A program made the position numbers and the translations under genes. The notes below the pieces were generated by a model, which made no database searches, was not told the DNA's origin, and saw only the letters and a list, made by a program, of their open reading frames with translations. Positions 38,995 through 53,675 of a DNA stretch of 64,000 nt are shown in pieces. Position 1 is the stretch's first letter. Each line of letters starts with the position of its first letter. Source of the stretch: Octopus vulgaris. Its lineage: Eukaryota. The stretch is from positions 62,372,001-62,436,000 of the forward strand of contig OX597824.1 of the NCBI GenBank assembly GCA_951406725.2. The letters are read 5' to 3'.

Positions 38995-40504
38995 TATACA
39001 CACATGAATTTATATATACATGCCCATTTGCATACACACCTCACATATATAAAAAGACAGTGATATAGTTAGTCCGATACTCGGACTTTGTAATTGCAGT
39101 TCATATGAAGGCAACATACCAAATATTGGAAAAGTTGAGTTATAGAGTGCGATAAAGTTCCATACGAATATTTCTACGTAAGTGTTTTAAACATAAACAT
39201 ATATTGCAGCGTATCAACTTGGACTATACATACATCTTAACTTAATTACGTAAACCCAGCGTTGTAACGATCCACACATAACGTACTAGGTCGAGTAACA
39301 TTTTGAAACAATTTTCGAAAATGACAGTCATCACTTAATATATACGTTTAAAATCTATCATATGATTAAATACAACCTGAAGGAAAGATTAACCAAGCTG
39401 TATACAACTTTAAATCTAATTCTGACAGAACATTCTGGAAGAAGATTATTGTATGTTTTGAAAAAACAATTAAAAATACCAGTGAATAGACGAAATCAAG
39501 ATGGCTAAATGTATATGTCTCCTTCGACCAAATCCTGACTACAATAATTGTATACAATGGACCTACGATCTTAACAAAAATTTATATGAAACATACGTAC
39601 AATCTGACACCCAGAAGCTCGGTTTTATACAAAGGCTAAAAAAATTGACACAGACTTTTCCCCAAAACATTTAAATGAACAAGCAAAGCTTATCATTAGA
39701 TATAAATATTGATACATCTAACAGAAATCTCTAATTCGAAGCAGGCTGGAACTATGAGGCCAACCATTGACTATAATCATTCCACTTTCACTGAAGGACA
39801 GAGAGAATTGTCAACTAAATATAACTGTAAACAACACGCCAACAATGTAGCTGAGATTCACAACAACTGTACAAAGAGAAGAACACCAAAACCTTGTGTA
39901 CGTGTTAGAAGAAATTTGGCTTGGTACGTTTCAACAAGTCAACTTCAATTTCAATGACAGACCATATAACATCAATATAAAAACCCAGTAAATTAGAATT
40001 AGAAGCAGTAAATAAAATAGGAAACAAATATCTGATGGCCACACTATTTATGAAAACAACCTATGAAATCATTAACTTTTTGATATATGTCTCAGCTACT
40101 GTATTACCAGCCAGACCTCAAGAGCCAAAGTCATGCATACAAGATACAAACAGAAAGCATGAACCAACATGAGCACGTAACTTAAAAAATGGAATTTTAT
40201 TTGTGTGAAAAAGTATCTCATAGATCATTGTAGTTATGAAATATAACAAAGAGAACGACTTCACATGATATCAGAAAGCTCGCAGATGCGATGTTCTGAT
40301 ACACGATTAAAAATAAAACCTAAACGCCAAACTACACCAACTGCAACAAGTCATATCTATAGCTGGAAAACTAAAGAATAAACAACATATAAACGGCAAA
40401 TGCATTTCACTAAATAGCTACCGGTGCAAGATGGTGAAACAATCGTAGTGAATAATAAAGTCTCGTGAATTTCATTTTCCTTGTATCATAATATATATGC
40501 AGAT

Positions 40505-40665
40505 CGGGTTTCTTTCAGTTTGCTTCTGCCAAATCCACTCACAAGGATTTGGTCAACTCGAGGCAATAGTGGAGGATAAGTTGCTACGCAGTGCGGCATG
40601 ACACGGTACCTGGTACCATGTTGTTGGGAAGGAAACTTCGTAGCACACTACTACGTGCTTCTCCT
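40505..40665 (-). mobile_element. CORE-type SINE, 5' half
   Basis: ctttcagttt...ccaaatccactcacaagg is the inverse of the family 3 body. Confidence 0.65.
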
Positions 40666-40752
40666 TCTCTCTCCTTCATATAGATACACACACACACACA
40701 CACACACATACACACACATATATATATATATATTAAAATTCAGAAAATGGAG

Positions 40753-40926
40753 ATGTAGCATTAATAAGATTTATTAACTGCAACAATCCAATATATTTAC
40801 TTACAGACGTATCAATTTTGCCCAAAACAATGATATGATTATTGAATTTAATCTTAAGGCAAAATTGAAATAGCTGTAAGGGGATATTTTGTATTATTGC
40901 AGTTAATAAATAATATTAATGCTACA
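40753..40926. repeat. Imperfect fold-back (~75-bp arms)
   Basis: tgtagcattaata..atttattaactgcaa..caattttgcc versus ggcaaaattg..ttgcagttaataaat..tattaatgctaca. Confidence 0.75.
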
Positions 40927-41114
40927 GTGACATTGTCCGAATGTTAATTTGAATATTAATAAACCATGATTTATGCTTAGACCTATTTTATTATTATCAC
41001 TATTCACAAAAAAATTATAGGTAAAGAACTAGTAATTCAATCGATATTTTTATCCCTTAATGAGGCTATTTCAACCGCTAATGAAATTCATAATATATAT
41101 ATGTATATATATAT

Positions 41115-42100
41115 ATTGGGACATCCAATATATAATGGGTTTTTTATACCTCTTTTATTTTTCAATATTAAAATAAACAAAGTTATTTTTTAATCTAAAA
41201 TATGCTTTCCTTCATTTTCTACAATGCTCATCCATCTATCAGGTAGATTTGCAAAGTCCCTCTTCCAAATTTCACTTGTCCATGACGAAAAATATTCCTC
41301 CACTACTGTTTAAAAATAATTTTGTAGAGTGCGGAATAAATGATAATCTGATGGGGCAATGTCCGGCAAATATGAAATGTATGTGACCGCGCATTTTCCT
41401 AATGGAAGAACACCTTTCGTCTTGAAATCAGAGATGGTTGTTTTACTTTTAGCGATGACTTAAGCCGCTCAAGCTGCTCGCAGTAGATCTCCTTTGTTAA
41501 GTTTAAAATAGACTAAATCTTTCATATACCATTAAACAGATAAAAATCCTTACGTGGGTGAAGACGTTCTTTAACCTGGAGTGCCGGTATTTCTCCTTTC
41601 TCTACCCATTGTTATCGGCGCTTTACATCTTCATAGAGAACCCATATCTCGTCACCAGTCATTATTCGGTCCAGAACAGTTTCATTCGTGTGACGTGACC
41701 GTAAAGAAAACACACCTTCTATCTCTGCGCACGATTAGTCTCGGAAAGTTTGTGAGGAACCCATTGACCCAATTTACTGACTTTTCCGATGACCTGCAGG
41801 TGACGATGAATAGCTGAATGACCAAATCCAAACTTCTCTGCTGGTTCCCCAACAGTAACGGTGGGATTTTGTTCCACCAGGAAAGGCAGGTTATCCTCAT
41901 CGATCTCTACAGATCTTACAGGACGGGACTGGTCTTCTAGGTTGCAGTTTCCGGTTCGGAATTTCTGGAAACAGCGTTGACACTTATTGACCGATCCGTA
42001 TATACTGCATTAATATTCCTCGCACTTTCCTTTGCGTTGTTGCTTTATAGAACTCATAAAGCAAAATATGCCGAATAAGCTCCCTTTCATTATAGTTTAG
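41115..42100 (-). mobile_element. Decayed mariner (Tc1/mariner) transposon
   Basis: Minus strand gives ELIRHILLYEF, TGDEIWVLY and YLPDIAPSDYHLFRTLQN (YSPDLAPSD-like). Confidence 0.85.
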
Positions 42101-42592
42101 AAAAAAACTGTTAAAATCGAACGGCACTCTTGAAAACTTTCACTAAGAATAAGCACAACGTAAAATTACAACCTGCTTGTACAGCAAGTTGAAGTACGTA
42201 GTATGTATGCATATACATACATGCATACATGCATACATGCTGGAATGAGATGTCAAATATGCAAACCACGAAAAATACATTCTTATTTATAGCTCGTTGA
42301 GAGTAGGCGGGGAAGTACATTTGAATAATAATTTTAAAAAGACAATTATTTCTATATCTCGAAATTTCGCCATTAATAATTAAATAAATTATCTGAGGAC
42401 TTCAATACAAACTGCCGGAGATATATAATTATAAAACTCAAATACATACCATATCCAAAGGACACAAGTGTATGTCAAGTATTATCGTTATACATCGTAA
42501 ATGCAATTCAAATGTCTTCAACCGGCGTGTCAGGCCAGAATAAAGGAGTAGTGAATAAAAGTTCAGTAGTATATAATCTGACTCAAGAATTA

Positions 42593-42628
<36 letters not shown>

Positions 42629-43026
42629 TAATCATACATATGATCTAAACGAATAGGTAGACTGGGTAAATGTTATAATTGGTTTTCTGTTAGGTTCCAA
42701 GTTCACAACTGAGGATGGACCTAGGGATCGATATTAGGCTTCCGTGTTAGCAGGTATATATTAGAGGAAAAGGACATCAAAACCAAGGCAGGGTAAGTAT
42801 CTTTAGTCAATTATAATTATTTAATTAGGGTAAGGTTAACTTGAAGATATCCCAAGTGATAGGCTAGCATGTCCGTACACTGGGCATTCCGTCATTAAAG
42901 ACAAGGTATTATGATAGTTCTAGACACGAAAATTCACAGTTTATAAGGAATACAATTGAAACATAGAGTAAAAGTAGATAGAAGAATACAGACAGGAGAA
43001 TAAATTCACAGTTCATTTTATTTCCA

Positions 43027-43215
43027 GAGGGTATGCAGGTTGGTCCGTACTTCCATGAATATATTGGTCCTTAGATTTAATCCCATGTAAATCCAGGCAA
43101 AATTTTGGCAGTATTTTGAATAAAGCGTTTATGTTGAATTCTGTCTAGATTTACCTGGGATTAAACCTAAGAGCCGATACCATCACGGAAGTACATACCA
43201 ACCTCCATACCCTCT
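43027..43215. repeat. Imperfect fold-back (~80-bp arms)
   Basis: gagggtatgcaggttggt..gtacttcc..ttaatccca versus tgggattaa..ggaagtac..accaacctccataccctc. Confidence 0.75.
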
Positions 43216-45208
43216 GTGAGAGTAACATGAGGTGAAGTGCTTTGCTCAAGAACACAACGCCCCGCTCAGTTTATGAATTTATACTACGATTTTGCGATAT
43301 ACCACATAGCCGCTATATATACATATACGCATGTTTATCATGCTGCAATCATATGATGTTTATCCTCGACACCATTTTATCCGTTAAACTAGTACGTTAT
43401 AATTCAGAATAGTCTCCGCCTACAGGTATTATGAAATATTCATATTCTTATTAATCGACTCATATTAATGTTTATATTTGTGAACAACGTACGAGTGGAT
43501 AATAAAACTATTTGTATAGTTCTTAAGTGAAACAGGTTAGACGGGAATGAGTATCGGTTCTTCTGGGTACATTTACAATGTCAATGTCCTACTATCTCAG
43601 GCAACACCTTGTTTATTAGAACAGTGTCACGATATCTTGTAAAGAATGATTCTGATTGAAGCTGTTCCAGAATATTAATGACATTTCGTTTCTAATCCAA
43701 GGATAATCTCTAAGTATGATTAATGGAATTGGAAATTGAAATACAGAGGCAAGCAAATACGGGTATGCTGCATATCAACGTCTCTGACGCGATTTTAACT
43801 CTATCAACACCGTGAATTTCTCATGTCATAGTTGAACCTCCACAAACCTGTCTTGAGGCACATTTCATGGGTGTTTTTTCCGTACTCATTAACCCAGCCT
43901 GCCATACACACACGTGCGCGCGCATACATATATATGCTTGTGTAATTTTTTGGAGTAACAGGTGTATGTCAATTAGCGTGTTGAGTAAAACATGTTCACA
44001 GTTTGGGCTACCGGGTATCATCCACTGTTGGGGCATATATCCGCGGGATCTACATCAGGAATTCCGCAGTGTTAGATGAGATAATAATGATTGAGGAAGC
44101 AAACAGAAAATAGATTTAGCACAAGTCTTTATTCCATACGAGGATCATTACGACCCATCTTACCCCTGTCCGTTATGTCTAGGATAGTGTTGCATCAATC
44201 AATGCAGTTTGTATCACATCAGGTGCATGCATGAAGAGGGGGATGCCCTGCTACATATAATGGGATGTCGTAGGCATGTTGTTCGTGCTTATTGTATTTG
44301 GATTATGACCGACTACAGTTGGAGGGGCTGTGTTGATCAGACTTTGCCACTACAGAAACCAAACCGTTTGAGATAAAGTAAGTGATTTGTTTTGTAGTTA
44401 TCTTTGATCCCGTCACCCTTTCGAAAAGTTGAATATGTAACGATAGGCTTATCTTAAGCTGATTCCTTGCTGCGGTGTTAAAGAACGTAGAACAGCAGTT
44501 CTGAAACCAGATTCATAACTATACAGACTTGCATTATGAGAAAAGATATGATGTTATATCGACTCTCAAGCAAGAAATTTGTAGCGCAGAACATTAATCA
44601 TGAAAGTAATGTATCCTAAGTGTCTCACTTATATTATCTAAATCAGTAAGTGGCAGGATTCTTTGAGTAAAGATATTGAAATCCTGTCTGCTAAGAACGT
44701 TTCTTAATATTCATCATTTCCAGAATCGTTAAAATATTGTATCGATCATGTACTAACTTCCATTTAATCGAATTTAACGTGTACCAAAATGTATACCCTT
44801 GTAACTAATTTAAAATAATATGCTATCATAATAGGGAAAAAGGTCAGGCATTGATGAAATTCTTAAATTAAATTTGAAAGTGTAAAAATATAGACCCTTA
44901 AAAAAGTACCTATTAGAGGAGTCTTTCAATGCACGTCTGCACGAATTTCACATATATCCACGGTCCTTTATTATTAGTAGTATTGGGAAAAAAACAATAG
45001 TAGATTATGAGAGGCAGGAATGACATTCATTGGAAACGAATAAAGAAAATAATTGATTTGCTTTAATATAATGACATTTTCACGTGAGGACGACATGGAA
45101 TATAGAAAGAAAACACAAAATTGCTGGCTGGAAATTTAAGATTCATGAAATTCATATCAAAAATAAATGGCGAGAACAATAACACTCGCGCACATATATA
45201 TGTGTATG

Positions 45209-45261
<53 letters not shown>

Positions 45262-46188
45262 ATATATATGTATGTATATATATATTCACCAATAGCACGT
45301 ATGTTTGGAAAGATTAACGGAAAGCGCCCACACACGTTAGTAATTTTTTTTCCCAAAAAGGCTAGTAACATCCTGATAAAATATTTTCTAAAATCTTACT
45401 GAAGTGTGACGAAAGGTTTCCAGACAATGGACGTGAGTTAAAATAAGAACAGTAATAAACTAGTAAAGAAGAATTATATAGTGCGTGTGTTTATTTGGTA
45501 TACACCCACCCCTAAAAAAAAAGAAATGACCATCCGAAATACAACAATATCTGTTTTAACACACGATTTCACATCACGAAGCTTGCAACATAAGTTAGCA
45601 AACGATTTTCTAACTTTTATTTTACAATATTTTTTATTCCAATTTATAAGGTATTAAGTAATTGCCACAAAGAACTTTCAAATGTAAGTATATTTTTTCA
45701 ATGTATACAAATAACAAAGAAAAATGAATAAATAGTTGCCAGGGTACAAAAATTCACATAAGTGCCAAGAATATTGCAGCCTACTTAAAAAGGTAGAAAT
45801 TCTAGGGTTAAGAGAAATGTCTTTCTATAACATGAATAAATAAAGAAATGGATTCAAACGTAGGTGTTATTCAAATCATTTCAAATGAGTTTAATGAAAA
45901 GAGTTTAATGCAGAGTGTTTATGTAACTGAAAATCCAGAAAAAACGAGCAATGACATTATGCTGTTAAAGTATATATAAAATTATAAAATTAGGGCGAAG
46001 GCGTATTTATTAGTGTGTAATGTGTGTGAGTGTATGTATTTACGTATGTATGTATATATATATATATATATATATATACATACGTAAATACATAGATATT
46101 ATATATATATATATATATATATATGGAATATATATATATGGTTTGTTTTACTCTCTCGCCCAAATATGTATATATGTATATATATACA

Positions 46189-46228
<40 letters not shown>

Positions 46229-47019
46229 AGAGTTAGGGAATGGGGTAGATAAAATCCAGAGTACACATGTGTCATAGCGAGTGAAACATCGGAAGTGGTA
46301 AATATACAAGCGTTATATATACCGCAGGCCAAGGATATGTTGATTAAGTGAAAGTTTAAATTGTTGCAAGGGGGTACATGTTGACACATGGAAGATTCAA
46401 TCAGATTGTGTAGAGTGCACAGTAGGAGAGGAGAATTTCAAAGAAGAGAGAAATAACGATTAAAAGAAGACCGAAGAAAAAAAGACATAAGTGGGTGAGA
46501 AGAAAGTAGAATTTAAGAAAGGTTATTTGACCGGTTGTATTCAATAGGGTTATTGTGGTTGAATCACAGATATTAGCACGGGCAGTGGTATTTGGAGAAA
46601 TGATAATGTGGCGGAGAGAGGGTATGGAAATATTTTTGGTCAAGGGAGAGAAAAAACTATGCATGCAGAAGAAAGCAAAATAGAATGGTTAAGAATCGTG
46701 GCGACTACTACTAGCAATCAATTAAGGAGTGTATATTGTGTGCCATGAGCGTGTTTACATTATGAAGTAGTAGATGTGCATGTTGGTGCATGTACTTGTA
46801 AGTTTACAAAGTCGGTTGGTAGGAGGGATGAGTTAGGTGAAATAAGAGAACAACTTTTTTTATAAGTAGTAAGGAAGGATACAGGGAGAAATATGCAAAT
46901 GACAATAAGGAATTAAAGTAAAGATTAAGAGGATTTATAGTTAAATTTAACATATTGAAATACATATATACTACTTACTAAGAATTGAAAATTGTGTTTT
47001 TTCAAAGCTGTTCATAGCT

Positions 47020-48445
47020 TCTTCAAGTAGAGAGAGATGGGCGAATAATCCTGATGGCTTCTGCTATGTCTTTGGCACCTCCACACTTATTCGTTAAAGG
47101 CGCAGTATCATAATATTTGCGAGAGGGGAATATAAAGCCTATTCTGGAATTCTTCTTGTCGCCCAAGACAAAAAATGGGCCTCTCATGTTGTGTGTCATA
47201 ACCGTCAGGATATGTTTCGTGTTTAGGCAAACAAAAACGAAAGGGACAGCCGTTTGGAGTTTCTACCGCTTGACAAGTGATTGTTATTTTGTATGGTCAA
47301 CACAGAAGTCACCGGAAAGAAAAATACCAATAAACTACCTTATCGCAATATTCTTTCAGCAATTAGACCTATACCTATTCTGCATTCTGAGGCACTATGG
47401 ATTCCAGTTTTCATTGGGTTTACCTCTTCTGGAGACGAAGCGAGCGAACAAGTTTACGAAGATTATAACGAAGATCAAGAAATTCCAAGGCCCCTCTTTT
47501 GGTACCGAAAAATCAGTTCCTCAACAGTTTTGCCATACAGAACTGAATTATTTACAGCGTGATTTGGGACTCTACATGATTTCAGCTGAAGTTCTAGTGA
47601 CCAGGTTACAAGAAAAACATTTACTTGTCAAAGCTGCAAATGCTTCTTATTTTCGGAAAGATTTTTGTGTCATTTTGTTCAAAAGAGAAACATTGTGTTT
47701 ACTGCCACGATATTCCCGGTCTTCTTCAGGTATTAGAAGTCACCTCGTACTACAGTCCCACTGACTGGCTGTTTTTCCTAGATAGTTCTAAGCGTATCCT
47801 AAATTGTGTTCTCCTACACAATGTCAATATTAATTTACCTGTCCCAGCCGGTCACTCAGTGAATTTGAAAGAAGAATACAATGACATAGAAATGGTTATT
47901 GATCAACGAAAATATCATGGGCCCAACTGGAGTATTTGTGTAGACTTCAAAAGTGTCAATTTCTTCCTCGACCACGAGAAAGGTTTCACAAATATCCTTG
48001 ATATCACTGCATATGAGATAGCCGAGCTCGAGAGAAATACTGGATTCAGAAGAAGTGGTCCATTCGTGAAACATTGGAAGCAGACATACCAAGTATTGTG
48101 AACGATCCAATTGTCAGCTGAGAAAAGATTATTTTCCTACCATATAAAGATGGGCTTGTTGAAGCAATTTGCTAAGCTATTGAATACTGATAGTAAATGC
48201 TTTCAACATATAATCGCTGTGTTTCCTGAGTTTTAAACTCCATTTCTTGTATAGTCACCTCGATCATTGCCATGTAAGTGATGAACACAGAGCGCTTCCA
48301 CTAAGACCTCGGGACCATGGTAGAATGTTATCAAGGATGATGGCACAAAAACCTGATGACACAGCACTGCTGGAGCGTTAAACGATATTTCCCTGTGAAA
48401 CCCTACAAACGCAAGAGCTCCAAGAACACATTATTGCCCGAATAA
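47020..48445 (+). mobile_element. Second, older Chapaev3 transposase remnant
   Basis: NNPDGFCYV, QDKKWASHVVC, SDCYFCMV, SAIRPI, VYCHDIPGLL..DWLFFLDSSKR..CVLLHN, WSICVDFKSVNF; ends not identified. Confidence 0.85.
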
Positions 48446-49575
48446 CAACTATTTGTGTCTAATGTTCCATTCTAGTCAGGCAGGTTTTCAATTATGTACG
48501 CTTATCATTTGTATATAATAATGGCGAACAAAACTGGCACATGATAAAATTTATTCAACTCAGCATCGGTATAAGAAATATTATTTTTATAGCCCTATGG
48601 TGGTGTATTAACTCGTATATATGAATAAAGTTGGAATCTCAGTGCATAAACATTTATTGGATGCCACTTAGTTTGAAGATAGTATAACTAGAAAATTATG
48701 AGAGGGATTGCATCAAATCTCTGGTAATATTCGAAATTTAGAAAATATAAAATAACCTTAGTTGCCCGGAGTCCAATATATAATGAAAAAAGGAGGGCAA
48801 TCGGTTGACACGTATATTTTAAATGATCGGATTGCGGTAGTCTGGACCTATAACAGCATGCTCAAAGATACAACAATCCACTCGATTTACGAATCGAACC
48901 AGTGAACTAAGGGACAGGAGTCTTGAAAGCCTAACTCTAAGGTCATGAACCTTCATGTAGTTAAATATAAACATTGAGATGGAAAATTCTTTCATTTCCA
49001 AATATGAGCTTAATCCAAATAATTTTAACCCAATTCGCAAAATATATGCCAACAATATTCTTGATTAGATTCAATATATACTATGAATATTTGTTGTTTC
49101 TTATTTAAATAAATCAATGATATTTTAAAGCAATATATTATGTTGAGTATTGCATTTACATGTAATACTTCGGAGTAGAAAACCATTCAATAAAACCGAA
49201 TTAGTCGTTGGCAGATGATAGAATAATACACTACACAGAAGTATGATTGAAATGTCTGCACCAGCAAGATATTTTCTTTCTGAAATATCCTAATGAAAGA
49301 GATGTTGTTCGTAGTTGAACATGCAATAGAATAATTTCTTTCAAATTTTTCAAATACCGTTTTCTTCTATTTCTCTTCGGCGGTATACGATTCCATAATT
49401 TATAAGATAATAATTTTTTTCTCGAAATAAAATATTGCACACATCAAATCATATAATGTTCTAAAAACTTTCTCAAAGATAAAAATAATCTATTCTTAAA
49501 GAGCTAGTCTTTTTGCAGTAAATTATGTTGGCATTCATGAGTTCTTGAAAAAGTAAACATGATATTAAATCAATA

Positions 49576-49615
<40 letters not shown>

Positions 49616-50059
49616 TCAAAAATTCGTGTGAATTAATTCTAATTTCTGCGTTAAGTTGAAATTGTAAATTATAAGAAATCAAATAAAGTAAAATAGGCAA
49701 TAAATATATAATTTCTGAAAAAAAAAAATAATATTGAAAATGCAAGTTTGATTATTTTTGTATGATATATTGTTTTCTATCCGCATAACGATAACGAAAG
49801 GAATATTTCAAAAACAAATACGAGTAACATGGCAGTATAAAACAGAATGAAATTAAAAAGTGTTTCTTCACACAGTTTTCAGACGATGCTATTTTCTAGC
49901 AGCTTATAACTTCATTCATCTCACTATCATTTGCGTTTTAACGTTCCTTTGTAACAAATGAATAACAGAAACAAACGCGTTCGTATACACCTACACGGAC
50001 TAATGCGTCTATGTATATATGTATGTGTTATACTAAATAATACGTCTGTACATTTTAGC

Positions 50060-50270
50060 CTAAATTTTAGCACAAGGCCAGCTATTTAGAGGGATGTGTA
50101 ATTCGATTATATCGATCCCAGTCATCAACATGTACTTAGTTCATCGACCCCGAAAGTATTAAAAGCAAAGTTGACTTCAGCAGAATTTAAACTCGGAACG
50201 TAAAGACGGAAGAAATGTCGCTAAACATTTTACCGGGTGTTCTAACGATTCTGCCATCTTGCTGTCTTAC
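50060..50270 (-). mobile_element. tRNA-derived SINE (family 2)
   Basis: atcgaccccgaaag...gcaaagttgacttc...ctaacgattctgcca is the inverse of the family sequence. Confidence 0.75.
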
Positions 50271-50997
50271 ATTGCATATATATTATAGATAAAGATAAAT
50301 GCTTGCTTTTTATACACAACACATACGTTGAAAGAAAAAAGTCCATCTTAGTTTCAGTTACTGTTGTAATATTTGTAACAACTGAGTGCCGTCTTCAAAC
50401 GACCATTGAAACTTTAATCATGCAACCACGAATGATATAGGTTAAACTAAGTCTAATAGACCTCCGATTACCATAAATAGTAGGGGATGGCAGCTAATTT
50501 GATTAATATGTTACTGACACGATATGCAGTATTTACGGAATATGTTTACTACCCCAGCGTATATAAATCTAGGGTTAAATAATCGATTATTATATTAGAT
50601 ATATTTACTATTCAAACTTGCTGCCAATAAAACAATATATAGCGACTTAGTCTATCCGATATACTTGAGATTTTCGGACCACTGGGAGATTATAAGAAGT
50701 ATCACCGTGGAAGGGTTAAAGAGCAGATGGTCAATAAAGAAATCCAAAATCAGGATGAAGCGTCTGCATTATCCCCATTTTTTCCGTTCAATATACTATG
50801 ATATATGAATACAAGATGCCTTTACATTTGTCTACACAACCTGTTAACTAAAAACTAAGGATATATTTTGTAGTATATAAAGTGTCTTTCGAAAAAAATA
50901 CGTTAAGATACTAATAACTTACCTGTATACGTGTGAAAAAATGTATACATACACATATATAGGTGATACAAAAATACTTCTTTCAATATTAAGCACA

Positions 50998-51410
50998 TGC
51001 GTAGCTGTGTGGTGAGAAGCTTGCTTCCATGCCATATGGTTCTGGGTTCAGTGGCACCTTCGACAAATGTTTTCTACTGCAGCTTGGGGCCGACGAAAGA
51101 TTTGTGAGCGGATTTCATAGACGGGATCTGAATAAAACCCGTTGTATATAGACATGTGTGTGTGTGTATGTGTGTGCGTGTGTGCGTGTGTGTGCATGTG
51201 TTTGCGCGTGTATGTGTTTGCCCCACGACCGCTTGTTAGCCGGTGCCAGTGCGTTTATGTCCCTGAAACTTAAGGGTTCGGCAAATCGCATGGATAGAAT
51301 AAGTACCATGCTTATAAAATAAGCACTGGTGTCGATTCATTCGTGTCCTTTGACTCAAGGCGGTGCCCCCGCATGACCGTAGTGTAATGACTGAATGAAG
51401 TAAAAGGTAA
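50998..51410 (+). mobile_element. CORE-type SINE (family 3)
   Basis: Full-length homolog of 34198-34580. Confidence 0.78.
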
Positions 51411-53342
51411 AAATCAAATTTTAGTCCTATAAATAATGCATCTCATATATTGAATGATTGTAATATAGATGTCTTTGAATGGATCCAAATTACATTTATG
51501 TTTTCTTAAAATAAAGATGCTTCCCGAGTGTTATGTACTCATAGGGTTGGCTTTCCGGTTCTTTTGACGTATTTATTTCCCGCACTGCTTTGGACACCGG
51601 TTTGACTCACGTCTACTCTTTTTTTTCAGCTGGGTGACCCGGAAATACGTGAAATGAAGTGTTTAGCTCAAGAACAAAACGCGCCGCCCTGTCTAGGAAT
51701 CGAAACCATAAATTTATGATCATGAGTTCAACACCCTAACTAGTTAGACCTTTACATATGCTTTTAGATATAAATTATGTTTTTACGTCATATAAGAGTA
51801 ATATTCTTAATATAAATATAAGAGTTATAGTCTTAATATAAATGATATAAATATAATCTAGATTATATTTCAATCATAAATATCAAATAAAATACATAAT
51901 TAATTTATATTTATAATAAATTGACCTATTAAACAATGCTAATTACATTATTTTAAACATTACAATATTTTATAAATCACAACTCCCGTACTTGTGTCAC
52001 TCTCACAATAAATACATTTGTTCTTATTTAGAAACTGAAAATAAACGTCTTAGATGTAAATTATGTTATATACTATAATATGCGAAATGGAAGATTGTAA
52101 ACCAAAAATTCACAGATAAGGAGGTTGTTGGTATAAATAGAGCTACAACCAGCAAATTCACATTTTCGTTATATTATGTTGCTTGTTGTGAATTTAATGG
52201 CTGTCACAACAATTCTACTAACCAAAATCCGTATAGTCCCTTCGTTAAATATAGTGATAATAAAATATATTGAAGTTCGTTTGCTTTGTCATGTAACATT
52301 TGTCATGCTTTTGTTATTTATATGACCGAGATACTTAAATTATGACGACCTAGAATGACCTTTCGTAGCAAGGTACCTTTGGGCATTACAGTACAACTCA
52401 ATCCAATAAAGTTAACTTCTGTAAGTTGCAGTTGTCGTATAAAAGATTGTTATCAGCTTAACCTCAAATATATTGCGCTGCATATAATTAAAATCATTCA
52501 GCTTCTAGACAACGCGCTAAAATCCCACGAAAGGAGTGATGAACTGTTATACACTAATGCAGTTCATCTCATTATATACTGATCTTCAGTATTTTCCTAA
52601 TCATACCTGTTATATTGAACACTTTAATCACAAATATATAACGAAGCTCATTTTGTATTGTTGGCTAGGCTGAATGCGATTGATTAAAAGAAACACTTTC
52701 ACTGAATTCTGTTAACGTGTTCAAGATGCAGTTCTACAGACAACGAATTCTGAATATACATGAAATAAAGTAAACAAGAAGCAAATACAGATAACTTTCA
52801 TTCTAATTTATCTCACATTCATTACAAAACCTTAACACCACATAATCTCACGTCTCAGTCGTAATATTCGTTTAATTTCCATTAAAGAAAGTGATCAATA
52901 ACTTCATAGTATTTTTACCTCACATAAATTACAAACTGAAGGAAACGTCGAAGTTTTTATTAACGAATATATCCACAAGTACTTTTGTAATTCAAATTCA
53001 TCTCATATTTGTTTTGCTTATGCGTCACAATATATCACAATATTTCTGTCTATTAAATTAGATTTATTGTTACACATTTATAGTTGGCTGTTAAAATATT
53101 TCCATGAATCTCCGACATTGTTATAAACAAGAAGATATAAATATGCGTAGGTGTATAATTTGATAATGCCAACAACAGCAGCAACAGCAACACACATACA
53201 CACACGCACACAGGCATGCACCCACACAGAGATATATAGATAGATTGATAGACACAGATAACTACATTGAGAGACACATACACACGTACATATATATATA
53301 TGCATATATATATAAGTGTGTGTGTGTGTGTATATATATGTG

Positions 53343-53373
<31 letters not shown>

Positions 53374-53394
53374 GTATGTATGTATGTATACATA

Positions 53395-53450
<56 letters not shown>

Positions 53451-53568
53451 CAATTAAGGAACGGCCATAATAGGCCATTCACCCACTAGAAATAACAGCC
53501 AAAGCTTCTACCGCAAATAAAGATCAATTCCGTAAACAGGAGAAAATTAAAAAAACATTTACCCTGTA

Positions 53569-53675
53569 ATTTCTTGTACGGTATACCGTTTCATCTGCTG
53601 TTTAATGGTAAACTAACCTGATTAAATTAAATCAAGCCAATCTTCCATAAGCCCTCAGATTCTTCAGCAAGAAAT
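53569..53675 (-). ncRNA. Type I HHR with extended stem II, unit 1
   Basis: Minus strand: atttcttg-CTGAAGA-atctg...cagat-GAAA-cggtataccg-TA-caagaaat. Confidence 0.92.

Noticed and set aside
47117-47764. 215-aa ORF as an intact gene
   Set aside because: Mosaic of in-frame and off-frame pieces of a decayed Chapaev3 transposase
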